64,000 nucleotides of DNA. It comes from Candidatus Kapaibacterium sp. Lineage in GTDB: Bacteria > Bacteroidota > Ignavibacteria > Kapaibacteriales > UBA2268. The DNA is taken from the NCBI GenBank assembly GCA_035445085.1, contig DAOMQA010000001.1, positions 118,374 to 182,373 on the forward strand. Direction: 5' to 3'. Shown here piece by piece: positions 51,593 to 62,400 of the stretch. Under the pieces are notes generated by a model that saw only the letters and a list, made by a program, of their open reading frames with translations, was not told the DNA's origin and ran no database searches. Made by a program: the position numbers and the translations under genes. The number at the start of each line of letters is the position of its first letter. Within the stretch, counting starts at the first letter, position 1.

Positions 51593-52141
51593 TTATGTTG
51601 TTTGTTTCGCTATTTTCAAAAGCTCATTTGTGGTTTTCCAATTTCTTGTTGTTGCACCTACTTTTAACTTTGCTTCCAAGAAATTATTGCTCAATTTTGA
51701 TTTTCCATATCCGTTTGGACAATACAAGTAAGCAACGTTATCGACAAAAAATATCTCCTCTCCGTTTAATTTTTTCTCTTCTATTACTTTTAAGTCAATT
51801 TTTTGCGATTGTGAAAATAGAAAAGTAATATGTACAAAAGCAGTATCCTTATCGCTATCTTTTATAAATGGATTATTCTCAATTACTTGCTTTAAGTTAT
51901 CAACAGTCAAAACAATTACGGGAACGTTAAAGCCAAAATCCTTTTCTATTTGCTGGGTTATTATTTGTGATAGCTCATCAGGTTGTGCTTTGTTTCCCAT
52001 GAAAATGACGTTCCCACTTTGCACATAAGTTGTAACGCTACGAAAACCTAAATTATCATACAATTTCCGTAAAGCATCCATTTTTATGGGCTTCTGCCCA
52101 CTTACATTAATACCCCTTAGTAGTGAAATATATGTTGTCAT
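51593..52141 (-). CDS. DUF1697 domain protein
   Basis: N-terminal YISLLRGINVSGQKPIKM is typical of DUF1697. Confidence 0.55.
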   Translation of the reverse strand: MTTYISLLRGINVSGQKPIKMDALRKLYDNLGFRSVTTYVQSGNVIFMGNKAQPDELSQIITQQIEKDFGFNVPVIVLTVDNLKQVIENNPFIKDSDKDTAFVHITFLFSQSQKIDLKVIEEKKLNGEEIFFVDNVAYLYCPNGYGKSKLSNNFLEAKLKVGATTRNWKTTNELLKIAKQTT

Positions 52142-52266
52142 TATTGCCTCGATTGCTTATAATAGTTTTGATATTGCCAAAGACTTATCTATTTTTCAGT
52201 TTCATTCTATTGTATATCTATCTATAAATTTGTTTATTAGCGTATTCTAATGTCCGTAAAAGATAT

Positions 52267-52303
52267 AAGGGACTATACCCAAAAGATAGTCCCTTATTTA
52301 TTT
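52267..52303 (-). terminator. hairpin terminator downstream of typA
   Basis: AAGGGACTAT…ATAGTCCCTT 10-bp stem with flanking T/A-rich runs. Confidence 0.45.
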
Positions 52304-52338
52304 CTTATAATTTATATGTAAAGACATATATTATATAC

Positions 52339-54150
52339 TTATTCTTTAGTTTTTGGCTTTCTGTTTTTATAATCTAACTCTACCTTTCTTAAGCGAATAT
52401 TTTGCGGAGTAACTTCCATTAGTTCGTCATCTGCAATAAATTCTATTGCTTGATCTAATGTCATCAAACGTGGTGGCTTTAATGTTACAGTAGAATCAGA
52501 CCCTGAGGCTCTCATATTTGTTAATTTCTTTTCTCTCGTTATATTTATATCTAAATCGCCATTTTTATTTCTTTCGCCTACAATCATTCCCATATAAACC
52601 ATAGTCCCAACGGGAGTAAATAATTCTCCTCTATCTTCCATACCTTCGCAAGCATAAGCAGTAACTCTACCTGTTCTATCAGCAACTAAAGCACCGCTAT
52701 TACGTTGCGGAATATTTCCAAACCAAGGCTCATACCCATAAAAATTAGTGTTTAATATGCCAGAACCACGCGTATCGGTCATAAATTGCGAACGAAATCC
52801 AATTAAACCTCTTGATGGAATTTTAAATTCAATGTCTACTCGACCATGCCCATTATTGAGCATATTAGTCATTAAACCTTTGCGGGAAGATAATTTTTCT
52901 GTTGCAACCCCAACATATTCTTCTGGAACGTCAATAAATACGTGTTCTACTGGTTCACATATTTGTCCTTCTATTTCCTTTGTAATAACTTGTGGCTTAG
53001 AAACCATAAATTCAAAACCTTCTCTTCTCATTGTTTCAATTAAGATTGACATCTGTAGTTCGCCCCTACCTCTAACTTCAAAAGCGTCAGCTCTATCTGT
53101 AGGCAACACCTGTATAGATACATTCCTTAAAAGCTCTTTGTCAAGTCTTGCTTTAATATGACGAGTAGTCAAAAATTGCCCTTCAGTGCCTGCAAATGGG
53201 CTATTATTTACATAGAATACCATTGCTACTGTTGGGTCATCTACAACAATTCTTGGTAATGGTGCAGGGTCATCGTTAGCAGAAATTGTATCCCCAATTT
53301 TTGCACTTTCTATACCTGCAATTGCTATAATGTCTCCTGATTCGATGGTATTTACCATTTTCTTACTAAGCCCCGAGAAAGTATAGAGGGCTGAGAACTT
53401 TTTGTTATTTAAAATTCCTTCAGAAGTACAAAGAGCATAGTTTTTATTCATCTCAAGTATACCGTTAGATAGGCGACCGATCAAAATCTGCCCAACATAA
53501 GAATCATAATCTAAACTTGATACTAAAAACTGTGGGGTAGCATCGTTGCTAGCAATAGGACCGGGTATAAAATTAATAATTTCATCAAATAAAATTTGAA
53601 AATCTCCGGCCTCTCCATCTAATTCTTTAAAGCACTTTCCTTCTTTTGCAATAGTATACAATATTGGGAATTCAATTTGCTCATCATTTGCATCCAGATC
53701 TATAAATAAATCATAAATTTCATTTATTACTTCTTGAACCCTTGCATCGTGCCTGTCTATTTTGTTGATAACTACTATGATAGGGAGATTTTTAGCTAAC
53801 GCTTTTTTTACAACAAATCGCGTTTGCGGTAAAGGACCTTCACTTGCATCTACCAATAATATAGCTCCATCAACAATACTTAATGAACGTTCTACCTCTC
53901 CACCAAAATCGGCGTGACCAGGTGTGTCCATTATGTTGATTTTTATATCATGGTAAAAGATAGCTGTGTTTTTTGCAGTAATAGTAATTCCACGTTCTCT
54001 TTCTAAGTCCATAGAATCCATTACGCGTTCGTCTACTTGTTGATTTTCTCTAAATGTTCCGCTTTGTCGTAACATCTGATCAACTAAAGTAGTTTTACCA
54101 TGATCAACGTGTGCAATAATGGCAATATTTCTGAAGTTGTTTTTTCTCAT
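52339..54150 (-). CDS. typA: translational GTPase TypA/BipA
   Basis: [18 protein letters not shown]1 motif. EF-G-like domain order. 603 aa. Confidence 0.9.
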   Translation of the reverse strand: MRKNNFRNIAIIAHVDHGKTTLVDQMLRQSGTFRENQQVDERVMDSMDLERERGITITAKNTAIFYHDIKINIMDTPGHADFGGEVERSLSIVDGAILLVDASEGPLPQTRFVVKKALAKNLPIIVVINKIDRHDARVQEVINEIYDLFIDLDANDEQIEFPILYTIAKEGKCFKELDGEAGDFQILFDEIINFIPGPIASNDATPQFLVSSLDYDSYVGQILIGRLSNGILEMNKNYALCTSEGILNNKKFSALYTFSGLSKKMVNTIESGDIIAIAGIESAKIGDTISANDDPAPLPRIVVDDPTVAMVFYVNNSPFAGTEGQFLTTRHIKARLDKELLRNVSIQVLPTDRADAFEVRGRGELQMSILIETMRREGFEFMVSKPQVITKEIEGQICEPVEHVFIDVPEEYVGVATEKLSSRKGLMTNMLNNGHGRVDIEFKIPSRGLIGFRSQFMTDTRGSGILNTNFYGYEPWFGNIPQRNSGALVADRTGRVTAYACEGMEDRGELFTPVGTMVYMGMIVGERNKNGDLDINITREKKLTNMRASGSDSTVTLKPPRLMTLDQAIEFIADDELMEVTPQNIRLRKVELDYKNRKPKTKE

Positions 54151-54303
54151 TTACTTATAATATCAATTTAAAAAGAAGGTTATGACGTATATATTTTAAA
54201 ATAAATATATTTTTTATTAATAAACAGATATTTGTAAAATAAAAATATAATATATTTGTTTCTATAACTTAAATTTTGTTTACTTAAATATTAGAGGTTA
54301 TTT

Positions 54304-56001
54304 ATGAAATATTTAATTCAATTTTGTATTGTTTTAATTACTTTCAACTATCTGTGGGCTCAACCAACTATCACTAATAAGATGACCCCACAAATAGGTG
54401 AGAAGTATGCTTACTCTTATTACGATACTGTAGGGGTAAAGCAAGGAAATGCTGGAGCAAATGTATTGTGGGATTTTTCAACATTGGTCAAACTACAAGG
54501 AAGCGAACAAACTGTAAACTTTGAAATAGTATCTCCAAATACTACTCCATATGCTAATACTTTTGCAGGCGCTAACTATGCTTATAAGCAAAAAGATGCA
54601 GAGAATCAAACTGATTCTTATGTATATTACAAATCTTCGTCAGATAGGATTGAAAGATTAGGGGTTGGATTTGCAGAAGGTGCCGAAATATTATCTGATT
54701 GGGAACTTGTCCAAAAATTTCCTTTTACTTATGAAGATTCTTTTAGTGATGCGTTCAAAGGTACTATCGATGTAGTTGCAGAAGGGCAATCTTTTAATCT
54801 GAAAAGAGGAGGAAGTATAGCTATTACTGCCGATGCTTACGGCACTTTAAAACTACCGTCAGGTACATTTAGCAATGTATTGAGATTAAAAGTTATCCAA
54901 AGTATATCTGACACATTGCCTCCACCAATACCTGGAATGTCTGGTGGAATGATGAACACCAATACAGAATCCTATATATGGGTATCAAACGATTTTAAAT
55001 TTGCAATTTTATCAATCTCTCAAGTACAGTCAGAAGTAATTATAAGCGGTATGCCAACTAATAAAGTTAAGGCAGCAAATGTACAAGTATACGACTTTAC
55101 GCCTCCTACTACATCTACTCTGTCTACTCCTAAAATTTTAGCTCCTGAAAATGGTCAAAGTGGATTACAGATACCAGTTAAGTTAGAATGGGAAGCATCA
55201 AACCTAAGTAAAACTACAAAGAATAGTGATGAAATTCAGGAATCACCTCTATATACTGTATATGTTGCTGATAACGAAGATTTTACTGATAATGATCAAC
55301 TTCAAATATTTGAAGGTTTAACAGCAACAACAATAGAAGTTGATAATTTAGTAGAAGGAACAAAATATTATTGGAAAGTAAAAGCGTATATCGGTGATAC
55401 CGAAAGCGAATGGTCTGATATTAATAATTTTACAACAAAGCTACCTAAACCACAAGCTGCCGTTTTAATTAGCCCAGAAAATGGTGCAAGTAATGTTGCA
55501 TTCAATGGTTTAACTCTAAAATGGAAGTCAAATAATTTAGTTGCTGCTACTAGGATTGTTCTTAATGGTCCAAGTAAGATAGAAGAAATATTGAATAATG
55601 AATCTACTTATAATATTTCTGGCTTAGAGCCAAACAGCACTTATACTTGGAAAGTAATGTTTTATAATGAAGAGGGAGATAGCTCGGATTGGTCTGATGA
55701 ATGGACCTTTGTTACTTCTCCAGAAACAAGCGTTGATGATAATAGCGGATCTAATTCATTTATTATAAAAAATAATATATTAAATAATTCTATTTCTATA
55801 GATTATACATCTCAATATTTCTTTAATTCTACGATTTCTATTTTTGATTTAAATGGTAACGTAACTTTTAATACGAATGTAGAAGTTAAACATGGTAACA
55901 ATCATTTTGATATAAATTTACCAAAGATTAGTGCTGGAGTATATTTATTACAAATGAATACTAATAATAGCATATTAAGAAAATCAATAATTATTGAATA
56001 A
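54304..56001 (+). CDS. secreted fibronectin-III-repeat protein with T9SS C-terminal sorting domain
   Basis: Signal peptide. Repeated ~90-aa W…Y.W.V motifs. C-terminal …AGVYLLQMNTNNSILRKSIIIE. Confidence 0.55.
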   Translation: MKYLIQFCIVLITFNYLWAQPTITNKMTPQIGEKYAYSYYDTVGVKQGNAGANVLWDFSTLVKLQGSEQTVNFEIVSPNTTPYANTFAGANYAYKQKDAENQTDSYVYYKSSSDRIERLGVGFAEGAEILSDWELVQKFPFTYEDSFSDAFKGTIDVVAEGQSFNLKRGGSIAITADAYGTLKLPSGTFSNVLRLKVIQSISDTLPPPIPGMSGGMMNTNTESYIWVSNDFKFAILSISQVQSEVIISGMPTNKVKAANVQVYDFTPPTTSTLSTPKILAPENGQSGLQIPVKLEWEASNLSKTTKNSDEIQESPLYTVYVADNEDFTDNDQLQIFEGLTATTIEVDNLVEGTKYYWKVKAYIGDTESEWSDINNFTTKLPKPQAAVLISPENGASNVAFNGLTLKWKSNNLVAATRIVLNGPSKIEEILNNESTYNISGLEPNSTYTWKVMFYNEEGDSSDWSDEWTFVTSPETSVDDNSGSNSFIIKNNILNNSISIDYTSQYFFNSTISIFDLNGNVTFNTNVEVKHGNNHFDINLPKISAGVYLLQMNTNNSILRKSIIIE

Positions 56002-56026
56002 TAAAAATTAGCTTAATAAAATAACT

Positions 56027-56067
56027 AAAAAGGACTTACCTTGAATTGAAGGTAAGTCCTTTTTTAA
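56027..56067. terminator. bidirectional hairpin terminator
   Basis: AAAAAGGACTTACCTT-gaattg-AAGGTAAGTCCTTTTTT between convergent genes. Confidence 0.6.
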
Positions 56068-56087
56068 TTAAATTGCTTAAAAGTATA

Positions 56088-56492
56088 TTAGCCGTTAGCT
56101 TTTGCTGCTGCTTCCGCTTTAGCTTTTGCTTCTTTACGTTTAGCTCTTAATTGCTTTCTTCTGTCGTATCTTTTTGCTACAACGTCTTTATGCTTAACAA
56201 CTGCTTCTTCTATTTCAGCTGAAGACTTACCTTTAATAGCAAGGTGCTTTCTTAAAAGTACACCTTCGTAGCTTAATAAATGATTTAAAGTAGGAGTAGC
56301 TTGAGCACCTACATTTAACCAATACAAAGCACGTTCGTGATTTAATACAATAGTATTTGGGTGGTTGTTAGGATTATAATATCCTAATCTTTCCAAATAT
56401 GAACCATCACGGCGAGCGCGGTCAGATACAGCTACAATATCATATACTGGATAGTGTGCTCTACCTTTTCTTCTTAATCTTAATTTAACCAT
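56088..56492 (-). CDS. rpsP: 30S ribosomal protein S16 (with Lys/Ala-rich C-terminal extension)
   Basis: MVKLRLRRKGRAHYPVYDIV. The ORF-track start at 56546 is 18 codons too long; the MVKL Met is at 56492. Confidence 0.85.
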   Translation of the reverse strand: MVKLRLRRKGRAHYPVYDIVAVSDRARRDGSYLERLGYYNPNNHPNTIVLNHERALYWLNVGAQATPTLNHLLSYEGVLLRKHLAIKGKSSAEIEEAVVKHKDVVAKRYDRRKQLRAKRKEAKAKAEAAAKANG

Positions 56493-56594
56493 TTTAAAAA
56501 ACCTATATATTATAATTGAGAAAAAATTAAATTTGTCATCCTTCAATATTCAGGTTAGAACCTATGGAATGCCCAAATCTCATTTATTTATTTT

Positions 56595-57923
56595 TTACTT
56601 TTTCATACCTGGCATCTTAGGCATAAATCTACTTTTCTTGCCTAAGGCTACACTTTTCATTAATTTTTGCATCTCTTCAAATTGCTTTAGTAATCTATTT
56701 ACATCTTGAATATTAGAGCCACTACCTTTAGCAATTCTCATTCTACGAGAGCCATTTATCAATTTTGGATTCTTTCTTTCTTGCTTGGTCATAGAATATA
56801 TTATTGCTTCAACTTTTTTGAAGGCAGTATCATCAATATTAACATTCTTAAGTTGCTTATCCATGCCCGGAATCATACCTAACAAATCACGTAAAGAGCC
56901 CATTTTTTGAATCATTTTTAATTGGTCCAAGAAATCGTCAAACGTAAATTGATTTTTCTTTATTTTTTCTTCTAATTCTTGCGCCTGTTTCTGGTCGAAC
57001 TGTTGTTCTGCTTTTTCAACTAAAGTAAGAACATCCCCCATGCCTAATATACGTGAAGCTATACGCTCAGGGTGGAAAGGCTCTAAGTTATCTAACTTTT
57101 CGCCAGTACTTACATACTTAATTGGCTTCCCAACTACTTCAAGGACAGATAAAGCAGCACCGCCACGAGTATCACCGTCTAATTTAGTAAGCACTACACC
57201 AGTTAAATTCAGGGCTTCATGAAATGCTTTAGCAGTCGTTACGGCATCTTGTCCAATCATTGCATCGCAAACAAACAATACTTCAGTTGGCTTAACAGAT
57301 GAAGCAATGTTTTTTACTTCATTCATCATCTCTTCGTCTATTGTTAATCGGCCCGCTGTATCTATAATTACTATATCTCTACCAAATTTTTTGGCGTACG
57401 ATACTGCATTGTTTGAGATTGCAACAGCATCTTTTATGTCTTCAGAGAAAACAGGTATTTTAATTTGCTCTGCTAATTGCTTTAATTGCAAAATAGCCGC
57501 TGGGCGATAAATATCAGCAGCAACTAATAACGGCTGACGCCCTTTCTTTCTTAAACTTTTAGCTAACTTAGCACAAAATGTAGTCTTACCCGACCCTTGT
57601 AAACCAGCTACCATTATGACCGTTGGAGCTTGAGAAGAAAAGGTCAAATCTGACATCTTTTTTCCCATCAATTCAATCAAGCCATCATGAACGATTTTAA
57701 CAATCAATTGCTCAGGCAACAACTTACCTTTTACTTCCTGCCCAATAGCCTTTTGCTTAATATCTTCTACAAATTTTTTAACAACATTGAAATTAACATC
57801 TGCTTCTAATAAAGCTTTCCTAATTTCAACTAAGGCTTCAGCAATATTTTCTTCACTTATCACTGCTTGGCCGCGGAACTTTTTGACCGCTAACTCAAGC
57901 TTCTCTTGCAAACTCTCAAACAT
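56595..57923 (-). CDS. ffh: signal recognition particle protein
   Basis: GLQGSGKTT and DTAGR NG-domain motifs plus a Met-rich M domain. Confidence 0.9.
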   Translation of the reverse strand: MFESLQEKLELAVKKFRGQAVISEENIAEALVEIRKALLEADVNFNVVKKFVEDIKQKAIGQEVKGKLLPEQLIVKIVHDGLIELMGKKMSDLTFSSQAPTVIMVAGLQGSGKTTFCAKLAKSLRKKGRQPLLVAADIYRPAAILQLKQLAEQIKIPVFSEDIKDAVAISNNAVSYAKKFGRDIVIIDTAGRLTIDEEMMNEVKNIASSVKPTEVLFVCDAMIGQDAVTTAKAFHEALNLTGVVLTKLDGDTRGGAALSVLEVVGKPIKYVSTGEKLDNLEPFHPERIASRILGMGDVLTLVEKAEQQFDQKQAQELEEKIKKNQFTFDDFLDQLKMIQKMGSLRDLLGMIPGMDKQLKNVNIDDTAFKKVEAIIYSMTKQERKNPKLINGSRRMRIAKGSGSNIQDVNRLLKQFEEMQKLMKSVALGKKSRFMPKMPGMKK

Positions 57924-57986
57924 TTTATTTTATTTACATTTTTTCAAGGACTACAAATATAATATTTTTTAATGAATTATTGCAAA

Positions 57987-59444
57987 TTAAAATGGTGCAT
58001 CTTCATATTCATTATCGTCGTTATCCCAATTATTATTCATATCAGGGGGTAATTCTTCGTAACCCATCTCTAAATTATCAAATCGAGCGCAACTTTTATC
58101 AAAAGCTACCCTGACAATCCCCGTAGGTCCGTTTCTTTGTTTGCCAATGATTAGCTCACCAGTTCCTTCGGTAGGAGTGCCGTCCTCATAAGTCATCATA
58201 TTGTATTGTTCGGGACGATTTACAAACATAACAACATCGGCGTCTTGTTCTATAGAACCAGATTCCCTCAAATCAGACAATAAAGGTCGCTTGTCTTTGC
58301 CAGGTCTTGTTTCTATCGAACGGTTTAATTGAGCTAAGGCTACAACTGGAATATTTAATTCTTTTGCTATCTGTTTTAATGATGAAGAAATAAAAGAAAT
58401 TTCACGTTCTCTACTTTCTGATTTTGGAGCTGTCATTAATTGCAAATAATCCACAAATACGCATTCTACTTTATGCTCAGCAACTAGTCGTCTACATTTA
58501 GCTCGCAATTCCATTACAGAAAGCATTGGACTGTCGTCAATAAAAATTGGTGAATCTGAAAGCCGCCCAACTGAACGGATAATTAAATCATTTTCTGTAT
58601 GGTTAATTCTACCTGTTCTTATTTTATGCTGATCTAACTTAGCATCTGAAGAGATTAACCTCGTTACTATCTGTATACCAGCCATTTCTATCGAGAATAA
58701 AGCCACAGGTACTCTTTCCCGAACACCCATATTACGTAAAAAAGATAAAGCTAAAGCTGTTTTGCCCATAGATGGACGCGCTGCTATTATAATTAAGTCA
58801 GATCTTTGAAAGCCGCCAAGCATATCATCTAATCGAGCAAAACCCGTTGTTATACCAGTTAAGCCCGTTTTGTCTTGCTCTGCCATTTTACTAATTATTT
58901 TATAGGTATCTTTTGCTAATTTATTGATTGGAGTAAATGATTTTTTTAATCTTTTTTCTGCTATTTCAAAGATATGTTTTTCTGCTTTATCTATTTCTTC
59001 AATGGCATCGCTTGAGTCATCGTAACAGCCTTCTATTATATTGGTAGAAGTGGTAATCAATAGCCTTTTTAAATATTTTTCTTGAACAATACGTGCATAT
59101 TGCTCTATGTTTGCACTTGTTGGAGTTATATCTAATAATTCAGTGAGATATGATACCCCCCCAACGGCTTCTAATTTACCTTGGGAATTTAGTTCTTCTC
59201 TTACAGTTAAAATATCTGGTGCAAACCCTCTATCGCTTATACTTATAATGGCATGATATATATCTTGGTGTCTGTTATGATAAAAACTATCTTGGCTTAG
59301 AATTTCAACTGTCTTAGAAATTGCTAACCTATCAAGCATCATGGCACAAAGCACGCCTTGCTCTGCCTCGTTAGAATGAGGTGGAATACGGTTAGAAATT
59401 ACTTCTACTCTCTTACTTTTAATCTTTTCTTTCTTTTCAGCCAT
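57987..59444 (-). CDS. dnaB: replicative DNA helicase
   Basis: Walker A GARPSMGKT, DnaB N-terminal domain. 485 aa, so no intein. Confidence 0.9.
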   Translation of the reverse strand: MAEKKEKIKSKRVEVISNRIPPHSNEAEQGVLCAMMLDRLAISKTVEILSQDSFYHNRHQDIYHAIISISDRGFAPDILTVREELNSQGKLEAVGGVSYLTELLDITPTSANIEQYARIVQEKYLKRLLITTSTNIIEGCYDDSSDAIEEIDKAEKHIFEIAEKRLKKSFTPINKLAKDTYKIISKMAEQDKTGLTGITTGFARLDDMLGGFQRSDLIIIAARPSMGKTALALSFLRNMGVRERVPVALFSIEMAGIQIVTRLISSDAKLDQHKIRTGRINHTENDLIIRSVGRLSDSPIFIDDSPMLSVMELRAKCRRLVAEHKVECVFVDYLQLMTAPKSESREREISFISSSLKQIAKELNIPVVALAQLNRSIETRPGKDKRPLLSDLRESGSIEQDADVVMFVNRPEQYNMMTYEDGTPTEGTGELIIGKQRNGPTGIVRVAFDKSCARFDNLEMGYEELPPDMNNNWDNDDNEYEDAPF

Positions 59445-59779
59445 AGCTATAATGTTCTTGTAAATATTATGAACGTAATAAGACTATTTTGTATAATAAT
59501 ATTTTACTTTATTAATGAATATTATAAATTGCACTACAATCACTTTAAGCAGATATAACTATACAATAACAACTCAAGTTGTTGCCATTACAATCAGAGT
59601 ATGCAAAAAAGTTGCCCTAACTCCCAAAGTGCTTAATAGCAGCTCCCAAATAAGATTTTACGATAATATGCAAGAAAAATATATTATAGTAGATGCTAAC
59701 AAACTGCACAATAGAAGACAAAGGCAATTATTATACGATAATATTAACATATATAAATTAATTTTAATCGAAGTATTTA

Positions 59780-59818
59780 AAAAAAACAGATTGAATATAC
59801 TCATTCACTCTGTTTTTT
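59780..59818 (-). terminator. rho-independent terminator downstream of hutH
   Basis: CAGATTGAAT…ATTCACTCTG stem flanked by an A-run and a T-run. Confidence 0.5.
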
Positions 59819-59841
59819 AAGCTTATATTAATTTATATTTA

Positions 59842-61365
59842 CTACTCTAAAGAGCCAATCTCATTTTCTACAGCGTCTAATATTTTGCAAGATTTTACTA
59901 ATTCTTTCATAGTATTATGATCTTTAAATAATGGGCGGTCAATATCAAGAAATTCTATATGTTCGCGTATAATATTATGGGCTGCCGATGTTCCTTTTCC
60001 TGTAGTATAATCGCGTAAATCAAGGGCTTGGGCTGCTGCCATAAATTCAATACCAAGAATGCCGTAAGCATTGTCAATAATTTGTTGATTTTTCCATATA
60101 GTATTCATTCCCATAGATACAAAATCCTCTTGGTCTGCCGCCGCCGGAATAGATTGTACATAAGCAGGATTTGATAATAGTCTTTGTTCTACAATTAATG
60201 TATCGGCAGTATATTGGCTTAGCATCATACCAGAGAACATTCCCGCTCCTTTTGTTAAAAAGGCTGGCAAACCTTGGCTAAGAGCTGGGTTTAAGAGTCT
60301 ATTTAGTCTACGTTCCGATAGCACACATACCATAGTAAGTGAAGCACCTGCCGCATCAACGGGCAAAGATACCGGCGTTCCTTGGAAATTAGCACCTGTG
60401 AGAGTTTCATTTGTATCAGGTAAAAATATTGGATTATCAGCAACGCCATTCAATTCTATTTCGACTTGCGAACGTGCATAACTAAGCATATCGTGCGCCG
60501 CACCTATAATTTGCGGAGTGGAACGCAATGAATAGGCGTCTTGTACCTTTGTTTTTATCTTGCCACTTACCAAATCGCTACCGCTAATTATATTTTTAAT
60601 TGACTTGGCTGAACGAACAGCACCGCCAAAGCCGCGAATTTGATGAAGGCGCTCATCATAAGGCTTCATATTTGCCATCAATGCTTCGATAGACATTGCG
60701 GCGGCTATTTCAGCCATTTTCAAAATTTTATTTATATCATAAATTTGCAAGGAGGCAATAGCTGTAATGAAATTTGAACCATTTATAGAGGCTAAACCAT
60801 CGCGTGCTTGTAGTCCGGGTATATCTATACCTGCTTTTTCCATAGCAATTCTAGTAGGCATTCTTGCTCCTTGATAGAATGATTCGCCTTCGCCCATTAA
60901 AGATAAGGCTATTTGCGACATTGGCGCTAAATCACCAGAGGCACCGACTGACCCCTTTTGACATACTATTGGAGTTACACCTTTATTGAGCATTTCAACA
61001 TAAGTTTGTGTAATTTCTGGTCTGCAACCAGAATTGCCATGAGCATGTACGTTGATCCTCGAAGCCATTGCACCACGAACGAAAGGTATAGGCATAGGGT
61101 CGCCAATACCAGCAGCATGGTTATATATAAGGTATTTTTGAAATTCCTTGATTTGTTCATCATTTAAAACTATTTCTGAAAATTCACCAATACCAGTATT
61201 TACGCCATACATTATTTCTTGTTTTGCTATCTTATCTTCTAATACTTTCCTACATTTTTTAATTAAATCTAATGATTCTAAGGATAGTTCTATACTTTCA
61301 TTGTTGCGAGAAATATCAACTATTTTTTCTATTGTAAGATTATAACCATCTAATATTATTGCCAT
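59842..61365 (-). CDS. hutH: histidine ammonia-lyase
   Basis: GSVGASGDLAPMS (Ala-Ser-Gly MIO-forming triad). Confidence 0.85.
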   Translation of the reverse strand: MAIILDGYNLTIEKIVDISRNNESIELSLESLDLIKKCRKVLEDKIAKQEIMYGVNTGIGEFSEIVLNDEQIKEFQKYLIYNHAAGIGDPMPIPFVRGAMASRINVHAHGNSGCRPEITQTYVEMLNKGVTPIVCQKGSVGASGDLAPMSQIALSLMGEGESFYQGARMPTRIAMEKAGIDIPGLQARDGLASINGSNFITAIASLQIYDINKILKMAEIAAAMSIEALMANMKPYDERLHQIRGFGGAVRSAKSIKNIISGSDLVSGKIKTKVQDAYSLRSTPQIIGAAHDMLSYARSQVEIELNGVADNPIFLPDTNETLTGANFQGTPVSLPVDAAGASLTMVCVLSERRLNRLLNPALSQGLPAFLTKGAGMFSGMMLSQYTADTLIVEQRLLSNPAYVQSIPAAADQEDFVSMGMNTIWKNQQIIDNAYGILGIEFMAAAQALDLRDYTTGKGTSAAHNIIREHIEFLDIDRPLFKDHNTMKELVKSCKILDAVENEIGSLE

Positions 61366-61508
61366 TTTACCCTCTATTTTTGTATTTAAGTATTTCGCAA
61401 AAATAGCATTTTTTTTATTACTATATAAGTGAATGGTTAATTTTTAGCAATGAATTGTAAGCTATTTATGTTAAATTGCAGATTGGAAGTGAGTAATTTT
61501 TAATTTTA

Positions 61509-61593
61509 AAATCGTCTGAACTAAGATTCGCAGGATGAAAAAGATGAACACAATCGTCTAAACCAGGATTCGCAGGATGAACAAGATAAACAG
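61509..61593 (+). repeat. ~42-bp imperfect tandem direct repeat x2
   Basis: The unit aatcgtct(g/a)aac(t/c)a(a/g)gattcgcaggatgaa(a/c)aaga occurs twice in tandem, ~75 bp upstream of the GIY-YIG gene. Confidence 0.6.
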
Positions 61594-61666
61594 GATGTAA
61601 AAAAGAATACAAACAATCATGCTAATCCTAAAATCAAGTAAATCATGATTCTGACAAAAAAAATAA

Positions 61667-62182
61667 ATGAAAGGTTATATGTACATATTGGAATGTAGCA
61701 ATGGTAGTTATTATACCGGAAGTACCATTGATTTACAACGGCGTTTTGAACAACATCAAAATGGCGAAGGGGCTAATCATACCAAAAAGTATTTGCCAGT
61801 TAAATTAGTCTATTACGAAGAATTTCAACGAATAGATGAAGCATTTAATCGCGAGAAACAAGTACAAGGCTGGAGTAGAAAAAAGAAAGAAGCACTGATT
61901 AATGGAACATCGGAATTATTACCAAAATTAGCTATTGCGTATCGAGACAAAAACGGTGGTTTCGAGGACCTCAACCACCAGCGAGAACCAATGTCGCCTG
62001 AGGTTCTCGAAGGCAAGGCTATCGAAGGCAAGGCTATCGAAGGCGAAAACGGTGGTTTCGAGGACCTCAACCACCGGACAGACGAGAGCCTCAACCACCA
62101 ACACGAGCCGCCGACGCCTGAGGTTCTCGAAGGCAAGGCTATCGAAGGCGAAGTAACAACAATTAAAAAGAATACACAATGA
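61667..62182 (+). CDS. GIY-YIG nuclease family protein with repeat-derived C-terminal extension
   Basis: N-terminal ~95 aa (GYMYILECSNGSYYTGSTIDLQRRFEQH…) match the small GIY-YIG family. The last ~75 aa are encoded by GC-rich repeat units. Its TGA stop overlaps the hsdS ATG (ATGA). Confidence 0.7.
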   Translation: MKGYMYILECSNGSYYTGSTIDLQRRFEQHQNGEGANHTKKYLPVKLVYYEEFQRIDEAFNREKQVQGWSRKKKEALINGTSELLPKLAIAYRDKNGGFEDLNHQREPMSPEVLEGKAIEGKAIEGENGGFEDLNHRTDESLNHQHEPPTPEVLEGKAIEGEVTTIKKNTQ

Positions 62183-62400
62183 ACAATATACAAAAATTAC
62201 TGGGGGCTGAGGTTCTCGAAGGCAAAAACGGTGGTTTCGAGAACCTCAACCACCGGAAGCAAGACATCGACGAGGACCTCAACCACCAGCGAGAACCAAT
62301 GTCGCCTGAGGTTCTCGAAGGCGAGGTTCTCGAAGGCGAGGTTCTCGAAGGCGAGGTTCTCGAAGGCAAGGCTATCGAAGGCAAGGCTATCGAAGCCCCA
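61955..62400 (+). repeat. GC-rich in-frame repeat block (25-nt palindromic units plus 15-nt tandem units)
   Basis: GGTGGTTTCGAG(G/A)ACCTCAACCACC at 61955, 62051, 62230, with partial copies at 62086 and 62272. Tandem 15-nt units gaggttctcgaaggc/aaggctatcgaaggc at 62000-62044 and 62308-62397. About 55% GC against ~30% background. Confidence 0.85.

Noticed and set aside
56088-56200. Lys/Ala-rich C-terminal extension of ribosomal protein S16 as a possible fused gene
   Set aside because: Such basic KA-rich tails on S16 are a lineage-typical feature in Bacteroidota-like genomes, and the frame is continuous. Not a separate gene.
57987-59444. Checked dnaB for an intein or homing-endonuclease insertion
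   Set aside because: Length (485 aa) and continuous collinearity with DnaB motifs leave no room for an insertion.
59515-59820. 101-aa ORF in the dnaB–hutH intergenic region
   Set aside because: Extremely AT-rich, low-complexity translation with no recognisable motif. It overlaps the hutH terminator hairpin. More likely a non-coding promoter/leader region for dnaB.
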